Source: Callorhinchus milii (lineage: Eukaryota). From it: a DNA stretch of 64,000 nt. The position numbers and the translations under genes were made by a program. Location of the stretch: positions 1-64,000 of the forward strand of contig NW_024705084.1 of assembly GCF_018977255.1 (NCBI RefSeq), in the 5' to 3' direction. Position 1 is the stretch's first letter; each line of letters starts with the position of its first letter. The notes under the pieces were generated by a model that was given only the letters and a program-made list of their open reading frames with translations, was not told the origin of the DNA and did not search any database. Positions 27,001-41,952 of this stretch are shown here, in pieces.

Positions 27001-28768
27001 TTTCGAAATTTTCCAATACCACAGGGTGGTGATAATGTGGAATTAACCAGCGCCTCGGGACGTCCTCTCAACGTAAAAGGCGCTACACAAATGTAATCTT
27101 GTTGCTGTACAATGTGTGTGGTTGAAGCAGACAGCAATAATGCATTCAAGAGGAAATTTGATGCAGACGTGAGGGAATAGGGGGAGGGGGGGGGGGTGGT
27201 GGGGGATAAAGGCACAGGTGGAGGCTCAATCACAACAATCAGGAGGGGTGGAGGGCAGGGTGCGTGGGGGTCGGAGGGTGACCGAAGGCGTGGTCGAAGA
27301 GGAGTTGGACCTTGAAGGAGGCAAGGGAGGGAGTGAAGCTCTGGGATGGAGCTCCAGAAAGTGGGGACAGAGAGGCTGAAGGCCCGACCTGCACAATGCT
27401 GTTACGTCCAATTTCCTGGGTCAGACCAATTCCCACGTCAACTGCCTCCAGTCCTACTTTCACGTCTCCCTGTCCTTCACGCCCCTCACCCACCCATCCA
27501 CCCAACAATGATGCTTTTTAAAGGCAAATGCAATAAATTCAGCAATACTCTCTTGAAACAGAATTTTGTTTTTTTTTCAATGAATCACAATGAAAAGGGG
27601 GAGAGAGAGAGTGAGAGAGAGAGAGAGAGAGAACATAGGAACAGGATTAGGCCATTCAGCCCCTCGAGCCTGTTCCATCATTCTATAAAATCATGGATAA
27701 TCTGTACCTCAAGTCCAATAACCCACCCTTGCCCCATATCCCTTGACACCCGTGGGACATCCTCCCGACGTAGGTTGTGGTGGGATCCTGACCTAACGAA
27801 CGTCTATCCACCGCAGACTCAGTCTGGCCAACGTGAATGGATCCATAACCCGCAGGCGTCTGGGGTGGAGGGGGAGAATTCCACACTTCCGCTCCCCTTT
27901 GGGTGAAAAAGTGGTGCCTGATTTTTTTTTCACTCCTTAAACGGCTTAGCTCTAATTTTAAGATCCACCCCCACCACCCCCCCGGGCACCGCAGGGAATA
28001 GTTTCTCTGTATCTACCCTATCGAATCCTTTTATTATTTTAAACGTACAAAATAATAAAGAGAAGTGGCAGTCTTAACCACGACAACAGCTGGCACTTAT
28101 ATAGCACCCGCCACGCAGGGTAACTTCTCAAGAGCGCTTTACAGTGGCAGAGCCGGGCTCCGAGCCGGGGGGGGGGGTGGGCGACTGTAAGCACGGTCGA
28201 AGAGGAAGGTTTTCAGGCGGGACTTGAAAAAAGGGGGGGGGGGCAAGGTGGAGGGACTGAGAGAGAGAGAGAGAGTGAGAGTGTTCTCGAGTGTTTTGGG
28301 GCGTAGCGGCTGAAAGCGCGACCTCCGGTAGCGGGGGCGGAGGACGCGAGGAGGAGGGGGGAGCCGGCGGGCGGATCGGGGTGGAGCGAGGCGGGTCGGA
28401 AAGGCGCCGGGCGAGCGGAGGGATTCGAACGCGGGGGCGCGGGCGAGGTGTTCCGTTTTCCTTGCCGGCATTCGCTTGCCCACGGAGAAAAGTGCAGCCC
28501 CTTACAAATAAAAACTCAAGTGAACATTTCTCAACCAGCTTTCCTTCCACGGAGCAGCACTTGCAACACAAATCAGCTGATCTTGTTGTGTACCAAATTC
28601 CCCTTTTCTCCCCCCCTCCCCCCCCCCCCAAAAAAAGAAGGGACATTTATCTATACATCTGCACACAGCCACATTTTTTTTTGGGGGGGGGGGGAGGGAG
28701 GGAGGTTTGCATCTTATCCTATTTACCTTCGTGTCTTCTGCCTCGAACAAATCTTGGCTTCCTTCCAT
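15939..28768 (-). CDS. SNX32: Sorting nexin 32 (SNX5/6/32 PX-BAR family); 13 coding exons, 405 aa
   Basis: Minus-strand exons 28768-28727, 23954-23850, 23097-22987, 22750-22629, 22191-22068, 21247-21143, 20477-20372, 20003-19928, 19501-19462, 18850-18764, 18007-17848, 17284-17199, 15992-15939 (TAA); 1218 nt, phases consistent. Motifs [97 protein letters not shown] fit SNX32 better than SNX5/6. Confidence 0.93.
16095..16970. repeat. CACT/CACA/CTCA low-complexity array in the last SNX32 intron
   Basis: Tandem ctcacacactcactctcacatact units; source of the spurious His/Thr/Ser ORF 16088..17023. Confidence 0.95.
17435..17812 (+). repeat. ~41-49-bp minisatellite (gtcagacacccggccggtcacggtgacgggtttccgtg), ~8 copies
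   Basis: Direct tandem copies with a variable (GT)n spacer. Confidence 0.9.
18200..18740. repeat. GA-rich tandem array (aggatggggagggatagaggagagaga) containing N gap 18268-18414
   Basis: Visible tandem units. Confidence 0.9.
23283..23715 (+). mobile_element. L2-type LINE 3' fragment
   Basis: [23 protein letters not shown]... plus 3'UTR ending gaaaggcgctcaataaatggaatc(ttg)n; closely matches 60730-61225. Confidence 0.85.
24170..24470 (+). mobile_element. CR1-type 3' fragment
   Basis: gaacaaggg...catcttaaagttagagccaggccatttcggagtgaagtc...gggctcgaggggctgaatggcctcctcctgttcct. Confidence 0.7.
27630..28040 (-). mobile_element. CR1-type 3' fragment
   Basis: ataggaacagga..aggccattcagcccctcgagcctgttcc...gggaatagtttctctgtatctaccctatcgaatcc. 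Confidence 0.7.
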
Positions 28769-28899
28769 TTGCTTTCTGCTGCTGGAGGAATAAAGATCTT
28801 TGCAAAAAAAAAAAGAAAAGGAGCTTTGCAAAAAAACAAACACACAACACACACACACCAATGCGATACCAACCGCCTTCCCTGTGCACAATGTCTCCT

Positions 28900-29750
28900 T
28901 TAAGGGGGAAGCCCTGAGCAACGGGAGGACTCCCGACTAGTCCTCCGGGAGGGTCAAGTTGCCATCGCTCTCCGCTGGGTCGCCTCTTGCTCCCCCGCTG
29001 CCACCTCCTTGGCGCCCGCCCGCCCGTTCGCCCGCCCACTCCGGGGGGAGGGGGGTGGGCGCCTGACAAAGCAGCGGCCTCGACTGATTGGACGAGCGAG
29101 CTGTCAGTCAGGCCGGCGGCACGGAGTCTTAAAGGGACCGCTCGAGCTCGCGCGAGGGCCGCCGGCGGTTGACGGGTAACGGTTGACAGTTGGGCCGCTC
29201 CGTCGAGGGGAGAAAGAGCGAAACGGGACCGAGAGCGAAAGGGGACGCGACGCGACGTTTGATCCTTTACGTTTCCTCAGGTGAGTCCCCGGCGACTTTG
29301 TTTTGGTTTTTTTTTTTGGCGCTTCCCGCCGTTATTTTTTTTTTTAACCGGTCGACGACGGAGAAGGAACGATTTTAAACTCGCGTGCACGGACGCGGTT
29401 GCTGTGGCGGCGGGGAAAGGGCGAGAGGAGGCCAGAAGCCGCTCGCGCGTCCGCCGCGCGCCGCCGCCACCGACGACGACCGTTGACGATTCCCGCGCAG
29501 CTTGGCTCGCCCTCACTCCCGTCAGCCCCCCCTCCCTGCCCTCACTCCCGTCAGCCCCCCCTCCCGCGCGCGGCCTCCCTCCCTGCCCTCACTCCCGTCA
29601 GCCCCGCCCCCGCCTCTCGCGCGTGGCTTCCCTCCCTCTCTCCCTGCCCTCACTCCCGTCAGACCCCGCGCAGCCACACATGCCCCGCCCCCCCACCCCC
29701 TCGCTGGCGGGAAATTTGAATCCTCGAGGGCGGGGAGGGGTTCGCGTGAC
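28900..29750. promoter_or_regulatory. CpG-island promoter of SNX32, probably bidirectional
   Basis: High CpG density upstream of SNX32 exon 1; ATTGG (CCAAT) ~29087; GC boxes; + strand donor CAG|GTGAGT at 29280. Confidence 0.65.
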
Positions 29751-29875
29751 ATCACACCGGACCAGGTGTGAAGGAGGAACGCACATACATGTATGTATCG
29801 TCATGTTGTCAAGACGTCTCAAAGCGCTTCACTGGGTATACACCGTAAAGTGTAGTGACTGTGTTTTGTGGGTGG

Positions 29876-30550
29876 AACAACAACAGCAACAAGATTGCAT
29901 TTATAGAGCGCCTTTCACGAGGCGTTGGACAGTTGGGTCGGGACCCCAGCATTGGGGGGGGGGGGGAAATGGTCAGGGTGAGGGGAGGAAAGAGAGGGAG
30001 CGAGGAAGGGGGGAGATGGTCAGGGTGACGGGAGGGAAGGAGGGAGCGAGGAGGGGGGAGATGGTCAGGGTGAGGGGAGGGAAGGGAGGGAGCGAGGAGG
30101 GGGGAGATGGTCAGGGTGACGGGAGGGGAGGGAGGGAGCGAGGAGGGGGGAAATGGTCAGGGTGAGGGGAGGGAGGGAGGAGGGGGAGATGGTCAGGGTG
30201 AGGGGAGGGAAGGGAGGCAGCGAGGAGGGGGGAGATGGTCAGGGTGAGGGGAGGAAAGAGAGGGAGCGAGGAGGGGGGAGATGGTCAGGGGGAGGGGAGG
30301 GGAGGGAGGGAGCGAGGAGGGGGGAGATGGTCAGGGTGAGGGGAGGGGAGGGAGGGAGCGAGGAGGGGGAGATGGTCAGGGTGAGGGGAGGGAAGGGAGG
30401 GAGCAAGGAGGGGGGAAATGGTCAGGGTGAGGGGAGGAAAGAGAGGGAGCGAGGAGGGGGTAGAGAGTCGAGAGGGGAGCTGAAGGTACGGTCGAAGAGA
30501 GATGTCTTGAGACCGGCCTTGAAGGAGGAGAGGGAGGAAGCGGCGAAGGC
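29876..30550 (-). mobile_element. L2-type 3' end with a tandemly expanded 3'UTR unit
   Basis: (CAA)n tail plus atttatagagcgcctttcacg, then ~11 copies of atggtcagggtgaggggagggaagggagggagcgaggagggggg, then L2 ORF-end sequence. Confidence 0.8.
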
Positions 30551-32258
30551 ACCGGGGACAAAAGAGGGACACAAAGACGTGAAAGAGAGAGAGAGGGGGA
30601 CAAGAGATAATAATAATAATTATTATTATCCTTGCATTGAATACAACAACAAATTACGCTTGTGTAGCGCCTTATCACCTGTTTGATATGTCTCAAAGCG
30701 CAAACCCACACACGTATGAGAGGCCAAAAGGAGAGAGAGAAGTAAGACAATAGGGAGAAACAACAGATATACACACGCGCAGACGAGAGAGAGAGAGAGA
30801 GAGAGAAGATGAGGCAGATAGAGAAACGAGACGAGACGAGAGAGAAACAAGACAAGGTCCTTAGGGACGTCCTTCCGACATAAATGATATATAAGGGAGC
30901 TATATAAATTATATATACCGTGTTGTTGATGAGACAAAGAGAGAGAGATAGAGAGAGGGAAACAAGCCGAGACAGAGAGAAACGAGAGCGAGCGAGCGAG
31001 AAACCAGCCGAGAGAGAAAAGCGAGAGAAAATTAGATGAGAAAGAGAGAGAATTAGATGCTTAAGCGTCTCCAAACAGGACTAAGACTTCCGTGCACACA
31101 GACTGCACGTGGGAACTCTCATGGCCGGAATGGAATGCACCCTCTCTCTCTCTCTCTCTCTCTCTCCCAGTAGCCCCTGACGTTTGATTATCTCGGCCTT
31201 ATCATGTGAAAACGTTTCAGAGAGATACTCATTCGATTTCAGATTTCACTGGCTGCCCATCCCCCAGAGGATCGGGGTCAAAATCCTCGCCCTCGCTTTC
31301 CACGGCCTCGCTCCTCCCTACCGCTGTGATCTGCTAACTCCATACCAACCTGTCAACTCAGCGGACCTCCGGCCGGCTCCACGTCCCCACATTGGCGGTC
31401 GAGCCTTCAGCCTCTCCGCCGCCCCCCACCACCCTATGGAACTCCATCCCACAGTCCCTTCACTTCACCCCCTCTCTCGCCTCCTTCAAGGCCTGTCTGA
31501 AGACCTTCCTCTTCGACCAATAACCAGTGCGTTCGGTCACCCTCCTATCCAAACCCTCCAACTCAACTCGACTGTCCAGCGCCTTGGGGCGTGCAAGGCA
31601 TTCTCAGTTGGGTTTGGAGACTCTTAAACAATAGTGACAGGTTTCTGCATGTGTCAGACATCCAGCCGACTGCTAAAGAATTAAAAGTTATTGCCCCCAA
31701 TCACTCGCTTTCTGTTCTAGGAATGTCATAAGGTCGGTTACTGCAATGTGACAGATCAAATTCCTCCCACCTCGTTGTGTGCTATCTCTGGTGTTTCCCT
31801 CAAGGCTGTTTACCGCTATAATATTTGCATAATGTACTTGGGAGGAACCTTATCTGATACGAGACACGCAATGATGAAAATAAACCCTTTAACCACAACG
31901 TTCCGTATCCAGGCCGACCTTCCAGTTAAATAATAATGGAAATAACAATAATAATCCTCGCATTCACTACAGCGCCTTATCACGTCGTCGAGACATCTCA
32001 AAGCGCTTCACAGGATACACTGTAAAGTGGGTTGACTGTGTGTTTTGTGGGCAAAACGCGGCGGCCAATTGCACACGGCAGTGTCCCACAGTCGTGAACT
32101 GAGTGACCGTTTTTTATAAGGGATTATTACCTCCAGAAAAGCGATCCGGCAATCAACTAACAACTGGTTTCCTACTAACTGATAGGTAAATAGAGGCGTG
32201 GGGAGGAAGCAAACTCGACTACGGTTTCGCTCTGCCCGGGAAAAGAGAGGAGAGTTTT

Positions 32259-32301
<43 letters not shown>

Positions 32302-32964
32302 GTCCTGGCCAAAAAAAACCTCGGTAAAATCAGCATTGTGGTCGCTTACGGGGTTCGATTCCCGGGGCAGGGCGTACCCTTGCTTGCTTAAAAAGGAAAA
32401 ATGTGCAGGGCCATGGAGTGGAGGGGAAGGGGACTAGTTCAAAGAGCTGGCACTGGCCCAATGGGCCGAATGGCCTCCTTCTGCGCTGTAGGATTCTAGG
32501 ATTTTACGCACACACTTATATAACAGCACGAATGAATAACAGGCTTGAAAGGGTGATTATTGTTCCATCGTAACTGGTTTCACTGGTTCAACCTCTCCTT
32601 CCATTAAGCTCCAGGCTTCAATGTATTGGCTTGGGTGAAGATGTGAGTCACTGTCAGAGCAGTTAGGCTGTGCTCAGCTGTTGGTGAGGATCGCTTACCT
32701 ACTGTACCTTCACACCATCCTCCCCCCCCCCCTCTCTCTTAACTCTCTGAATGCCAAACCAGTTCATCTCTCTTTCTTTCTCTCGCTCTCTGCCCTTTCT
32801 GACGCCCAACGTTCTCCGGAGAGAAGGGCAGCCAAGGCTCCGCGTGCAGGTCAGATACAAGGGAAATCTCAGTTGGGTTTGGAGACTCTTGAGCACCGGT
32901 GATGGGTTTCCGCGTGTGTGGGACACCCGGCTGATCCCCCGAAAAACGTCCCAAACAAAAAAGA

Positions 32965-32970
32965 TTTATT
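32965..32970 (-). terminator. Candidate OVOL1 polyadenylation signal
   Basis: TTTATT on +, ~760 nt past the OVOL1 stop. Confidence 0.4.
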
Positions 32971-33726
32971 CAAGACGTTGACAGGAAATCGGAAAACACA
33001 GGACAGGCAGACAATTCCTCGTTTAATTTACAAATACGTTTCCTCCCCTTCACCCAAAAAAAAATGGTTAAAAGAGATGTACAAAATATATAGCGATTAT
33101 TTCCTCAGCCCAAAAGTTCTGGGTCACCGCAACAAGAAAAGGATATCGCAGTGATTGAGATTGAGATGGATACAAAGGAGAGTAACCAAAATGATTGAGA
33201 GGACGGAGGGATTGAACTACAAGGAGCAATTAGATAAACTGTGGCGTGTTCACACTGGAGAAGAGAAGGTTGAGGGGTGATATGATATGATATGCGAACC
33301 GAGTTCCTATTTACTGCTGGGTACCAACAATAATAATCCTCGCGTTTGACATAGCGTCTTATCATTGAGAATACGCTGTAAAGCGTAGCGACTGTGTCTT
33401 TTGTGGGCGAAACGCGGCAGCCAATTGCGCCCAGCGGCGTCCCCACAAGAGTCAGTCGCGGATCGACTGACCAAATCCTGGTGGTCGCGTGCACGTGTAT
33501 GTCCCGAGCTACCTGGGTTCTGCGTCCCATCACGTTATTTCCTAAAAGAAAACTTGCGGCTAGCTAGACAGAGGCCCTCGCGTGGAATAAGGAAACTTGC
33601 CAAAGATTTCCGCCCGGGAATCGAACCCGGGTCCTCTCGCTTGCTCGCAAGACGAGCGCTCTGACCACTGAGCTACAGGTGGGAGGGCGGAGAGGAGGGG
33701 GAGAAGAGGGAGAAAGAGAAAAGCCA

Positions 33727-38060
<4,334 letters not shown>

Positions 38061-38129
38061 TGTTGAGAGAGAGAGAGAGAGAGAAAGTCCCCGACTCTCT
38101 CACCTTACAACAGGTTAACAAAACTTTTT

Positions 38130-38159
<30 letters not shown>

Positions 38160-38165
<6 letters not shown>

Positions 38166-38525
38166 ACCTGTAAGGCTCCGAAACTAGTCGTTCGATTCGC
38201 GAGTCGCCTCTCTTTGCTCGAACGTTTCACACCGAGCGCTTTCATGTATAGACACGAAGTCGTATGCCTTACCCACTCTTTCTCTCTCTGTCTCTCGCGC
38301 TCTCTCTCTCTGTCTCCCTGTGTGCGGTGCGTGTGTGTGTCTCCCTCTCTCTCTCTCTCTCTCTCGCGCTGTAATATTTAACAGAGAAAGAGGTAAGACA
38401 GGACATCAAATCTAAGGCTAGGCTTCTTTTTGAGAGCGAGCGAGAGAGAGAAAGATCTCGAGCTGACTCACACGCTCAGAAATAACGGTGGACTGTGATT
38501 ATTATACCTGAGTAACCGGTTTGAA
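38160..38525 (-). promoter_or_regulatory. OVOL1 5'UTR/promoter motif cluster (ZEB E-box, AP-1, OVOL, GRHL)
   Basis: CACCTG 38165-38170; TGACTCA 38464-38470; TAACGG (CCGTTA) 38483-38488; TACCTG 38505-38510; AACCGGTT 38514-38521. Confidence 0.6.
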
Positions 38526-38696
38526 GGTGGGATGGGCGTTCTGTTAGAGAGAGCGAGAGAGGGAGAGAGAGAGAGAGAGAGATCTATCAGGCACCACCCA
38601 TCATTTCATCTGATTATCTTCCCATCAGGAAAGGGCAGAGGTAGTCAACATACAAATTAAAGGTGCAATCAGCTCTGGATTTACTCTATATGGAGT

Positions 38697-39655
38697 CCCC
38701 CGTGGCTCAGGGGTTAGACCCCTCGCCTCGCACCCCACAGCCCCTGTAGCTCAGGGGTTAGACCCCTCCCCTCGCACCCCACAGCTCCTGTAGCTCAGGG
38801 GTTAGACCCCTCGCCTCGCACCCCACAGCCCCTGTACCTCAGGGGTTAGACCCCTCGCCTCGCCAGCCACAGCCCCTGTAGCTCGGGGGTTAGACCCCTC
38901 GCCTCGCACCCCACAGCCCCTGTAGCTCAGGGGTTAGACCCCTCCCCTCGCACCCCACAGCCCCTGTAGCTCAGGGGTTAGACCCCTCGCCTCGCACCCC
39001 ACAGCCCCTGTAGCTCAGGGGTTAGACCCCTCGCCTCGCACCCCACCAGCCCCTGTAGCTCAGGGGTTAGACCCCTCGCCTCGCACCCCACTGCCCCTGT
39101 AGCTCAGGGGTTAGACCCCTCGCCCCCCACCCCACAGCCCCTGTAGCTCAGGGGTTAGACCCCTCGCCTCGCACCCCACAGCTCCTGTAGCTCAGGGGTT
39201 AGACCCCTCCCCTCGCACCCCACAGTCCCTGTAGCTCAGGGGTTAGACCCCTCGCCTCACCAGCCACAGCCCCTGTAGCTCAGGGGCTAGACCCCTCGCC
39301 TCGCCAGCCACAGCCCCTGTAGCTCGGGGGTTAGACCCCTCCCCTCGCACCCCACAGCCCCTGTAGCTCGTGGGTTAGACCCCTCGCCTCGCCAGCCACA
39401 GCCCCTGTAGCTCGGGGGTTAGACCCCTCCCCTCGCACCCCACAGCCCCTGTAGCTCAGGGGTTAGACCCCTCGCCTCGCACCCCACAGCCCCTGTAGCT
39501 CAGGGGTTAGGCCCCTCCCCTCGCACCCCACAGCCCCTGTAGCTCAGGGGTTAGACCCCCCGCCTCGCCAGCCACAGCCCCTGTAGCTCGGGGGTTAGAC
39601 CCCTCCCCTCGCACCCCACAGCCCCTGTAGCTCGTGGGTTAGACCCCTCGCCTCG
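38697..39655 (+). repeat. 44-bp minisatellite (~22 copies) derived from the 5' half of a tRNA-like SINE head
   Basis: Unit cccctgtagctcaggggttagacccctcgcctcgcaccccacag (period 44: 38741 to 38785); the last unit runs into a B box and a SINE body. Confidence 0.92.
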
Positions 39656-39998
39656 CAAGCCAGAGGACCCGGGTTCGATTCCCAGGCGGGTCGGGTCAGG
39701 TCAGGGCGAAACCTTGGTCAAGTTTCCTTACTCCCCCACACGCTCACACTCACACACGTCTGTGTTTACCATCGATCGCTTGTTAATCAATTGGCGGATT
39801 GCTTTTCCGGGGCTAATAGCCCCTTCCAAAAAAAACGTGGTCACTGAATCCCACGACTGTTTGTGGGGACGTCGCCGGGCGCGATTGGCTTCCGCGTTTC
39901 GCCCACAAAACATACAGTCAATTCGCAAGACACGGGTATTCTGTGAAGCGCCTCGAGACGTCCTGAAGACGTTAGAAAGGAGGCGAGGATTATTACTA
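39620..39998 (+). mobile_element. tRNA-derived SINE continuing from the minisatellite
   Basis: gaggacccgggttcgattccc (B box), cagggcgaaacctt..aagtttccttactcc, Deu-like body, tail gaggattattact. Confidence 0.8.
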
Positions 39999-40864
39999 TC
40001 ATTCGACGTCTCAAAGCGCTGTGAAGTGTAGTAACTGTGTGTTATGTGGGCTGAGTTGTGGGTTGAGCGACCAAATTATTATTTGATGGGGTGGGGGGGG
40101 GGAATTATTACCCCCAGAAAGCGATCCATCGATCGACTAACACCCGGGTTCCTGCTGAGTAAACCGAGACGTGTGTGTGCGTGTGGTGTGGGTGGGGGAG
40201 TAAGGAAACTCGCCGAAGGTTTCGCCCCGACCAGGGTGGGAATCGAACCCGGGTCCTCTCGCTTGCGAGTCGAGCGCACTAACCACTCACTATACAGGAC
40301 TACGCAGCCTCCTCGGGACAGGTAAACAGTCTCCTGGACCGAGCTGTGCAATCGTACAGAGTTTGGTCGGAACGACTTAACAAAGTGTCGCTTAACGATG
40401 ATTGAAATCGAATAATAATCGATCTCTTGTCTTTGTGTCTCCCTCTGTGTTTAATGCGTCCCTGTGCTTCACGTCCGGAGGACTTCCCAAGGCGCTGGAC
40501 AGTCAGTCGGGGGTTCGGACCCCAGCTGGGGGGGTCGGGATGAGGAAGGGGTGGACGGCGGAGGCGAGGGAGGGTGGAGGTAGGAGGGTGTCCGAAGCTT
40601 GGAGGGCTTTGAGACGGGGCTCGACAGAGGCAAGGGAGGGAGCGAGGCGGAGGGGTTCCAGAGGAGGGGGTGGGGTGAGGGTGGGGGGGGGGGGTGGTGA
40701 GGGGTGAGAGAGTGCAAATAAGAGGAGTTCCTAACTCGCTGGAGCCAAACGTTTCTCTGGGAGTGGACCTTTAAGAGCGACACACCCTCAGCGCTGAACA
40801 AACAGCTTTCAGCTCCCAGCTTTTGCCCCGGGGCAACAGGCAGGCGGGATTGGTGTGTGTCTGT

Positions 40865-41235
40865 TAGCGCGCATGGGCGTGCGTTTGTGCGTGTGCGTGT
40901 CCACGTGTGATCGTGTTTGTGCGCGCGTGTGCCTGAGCGCGTGTGCGCGTACGCGTGTGCGAGCATGCTCGGGCGCGCGTGCGCGCGGGCGGGTGTGTGT
41001 GTTTGCGTGCAAATGTGCGCGCGCGGGCACGTCGTGAGCGTGTTTGAGTGTGCGCGCGCGCGCGCGGGTGCGTGCGTGCGCGCGGGTATGAGCGTGTGCG
41101 TGTTTGAGAGCGTGCGTTTACGAGTGTGAGCGGATGTGAGTGAGAGTGCGCGTGTGCGTGTTTATGAGCGTGTGGACGTGTCTGCGTGGGCGCGAGCATG
41201 TGCGCGTGTGTGTGTGTGCGTGTGTGCGTGCGAGA
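40865..41235. repeat. Alternating purine-pyrimidine (CG/TG) tract
   Basis: gtgcgcgcgtgtgc-type runs over ~370 bp. Confidence 0.85.
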
Positions 41236-41610
41236 ATGAGTGCGGTGTACACGCGTACGTACGTACAGGGAGAGAAGCAGCAAAAAAACACCTCTAATCT
41301 AACAGGTTCTGCAGACTGTTATGGGGTGGTGACAATTTGTCCTCCTTCCAACATCAACCCACGCCTTATAAATGGGATAATATCTAGTAATATCTGCGCC
41401 TGACTCACTCATTTGACACAGCACCTTGTCACGTCGTCGAGACGTCCCGCAGCGCTCCACCGAATACGCCGCAAGGCGTAGTGGCTGTGCGTTTTTCCAG
41501 CCATATCGCGCCCAGCGACGTCCCCACGTCCAGTCCCAGTGGATTGAGTGACCCAAGTTATTATTTTCTTGGAGCGATTATGACCTCCGGGCTCTCGTCT
41601 TGACGTTAAA

Positions 41611-41952
41611 GTCCTGTAGCTCAGTGGTTAGAGCGCTCGCTTTGCAAGCGAGAGACCCGAGTTCAATTCCAGGCAGAGGGCGAAACCTCGGGCAAGTTTC
41701 CTTACTCCGCACATCTAATAAGAATCCCTCCAAAACCCCAAACAATAATAAATGGGTCATTTTCAATCTACGACTGTTTGTGGGGACATTGCTGCGCGCC
41801 ATCGGCCGCCGCGTTCGCCCACAAACATACAGTCAATTCACTTTACAGTGTGTTCTGTGAAGCGCTTTGGGACGTCCTCCCGACACATGTGTGAAAAGCG
41901 CTATCTCGAACGCGAGGATTATTATTATGATTATGATTATTATTATTATTAT
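41611..41952 (+). mobile_element. tRNA-derived SINE, near full-length reference copy
   Basis: Head gtcctgtagctcagtggttagagcgctcgctttgcaagcgagagacccgagttcaattcc (A and B boxes); body ...tgtgggacattgctgcgcgc..ggccgccgcgttcgccc...; tail gtgaagcgctttgggacgtcctcccgac..gtgaaaagcgctat...(att)n. Confidence 0.88.

Noticed and set aside
29281-30686. 294-aa and 177-aa ORFs
   Set aside because: CpG-island and L2 3'UTR repeat sequence with no recognisable domain.
30700-31080. Odd GA/AT-rich stretch as a novel element
   Set aside because: Looks like a noisy, low-quality version of SINE tail plus (GA)n sequence.
31870-31930. C/D box snoRNA (ATGATGA)
   Set aside because: No downstream CTGA D box or terminal stem at a suitable distance.
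38697-39655. CRISPR-like or tRNA gene array
   Set aside because: No unique spacers, eukaryotic context, and units hold only half a tRNA.
41611-41682. tRNA-Ala(TGC)-like gene (also ~33610-33680, 36180-36250, 49020-49085)
   Set aside because: Poor acceptor and T-stem pairing, and it runs straight into a repeated SINE body; these are SINE heads.
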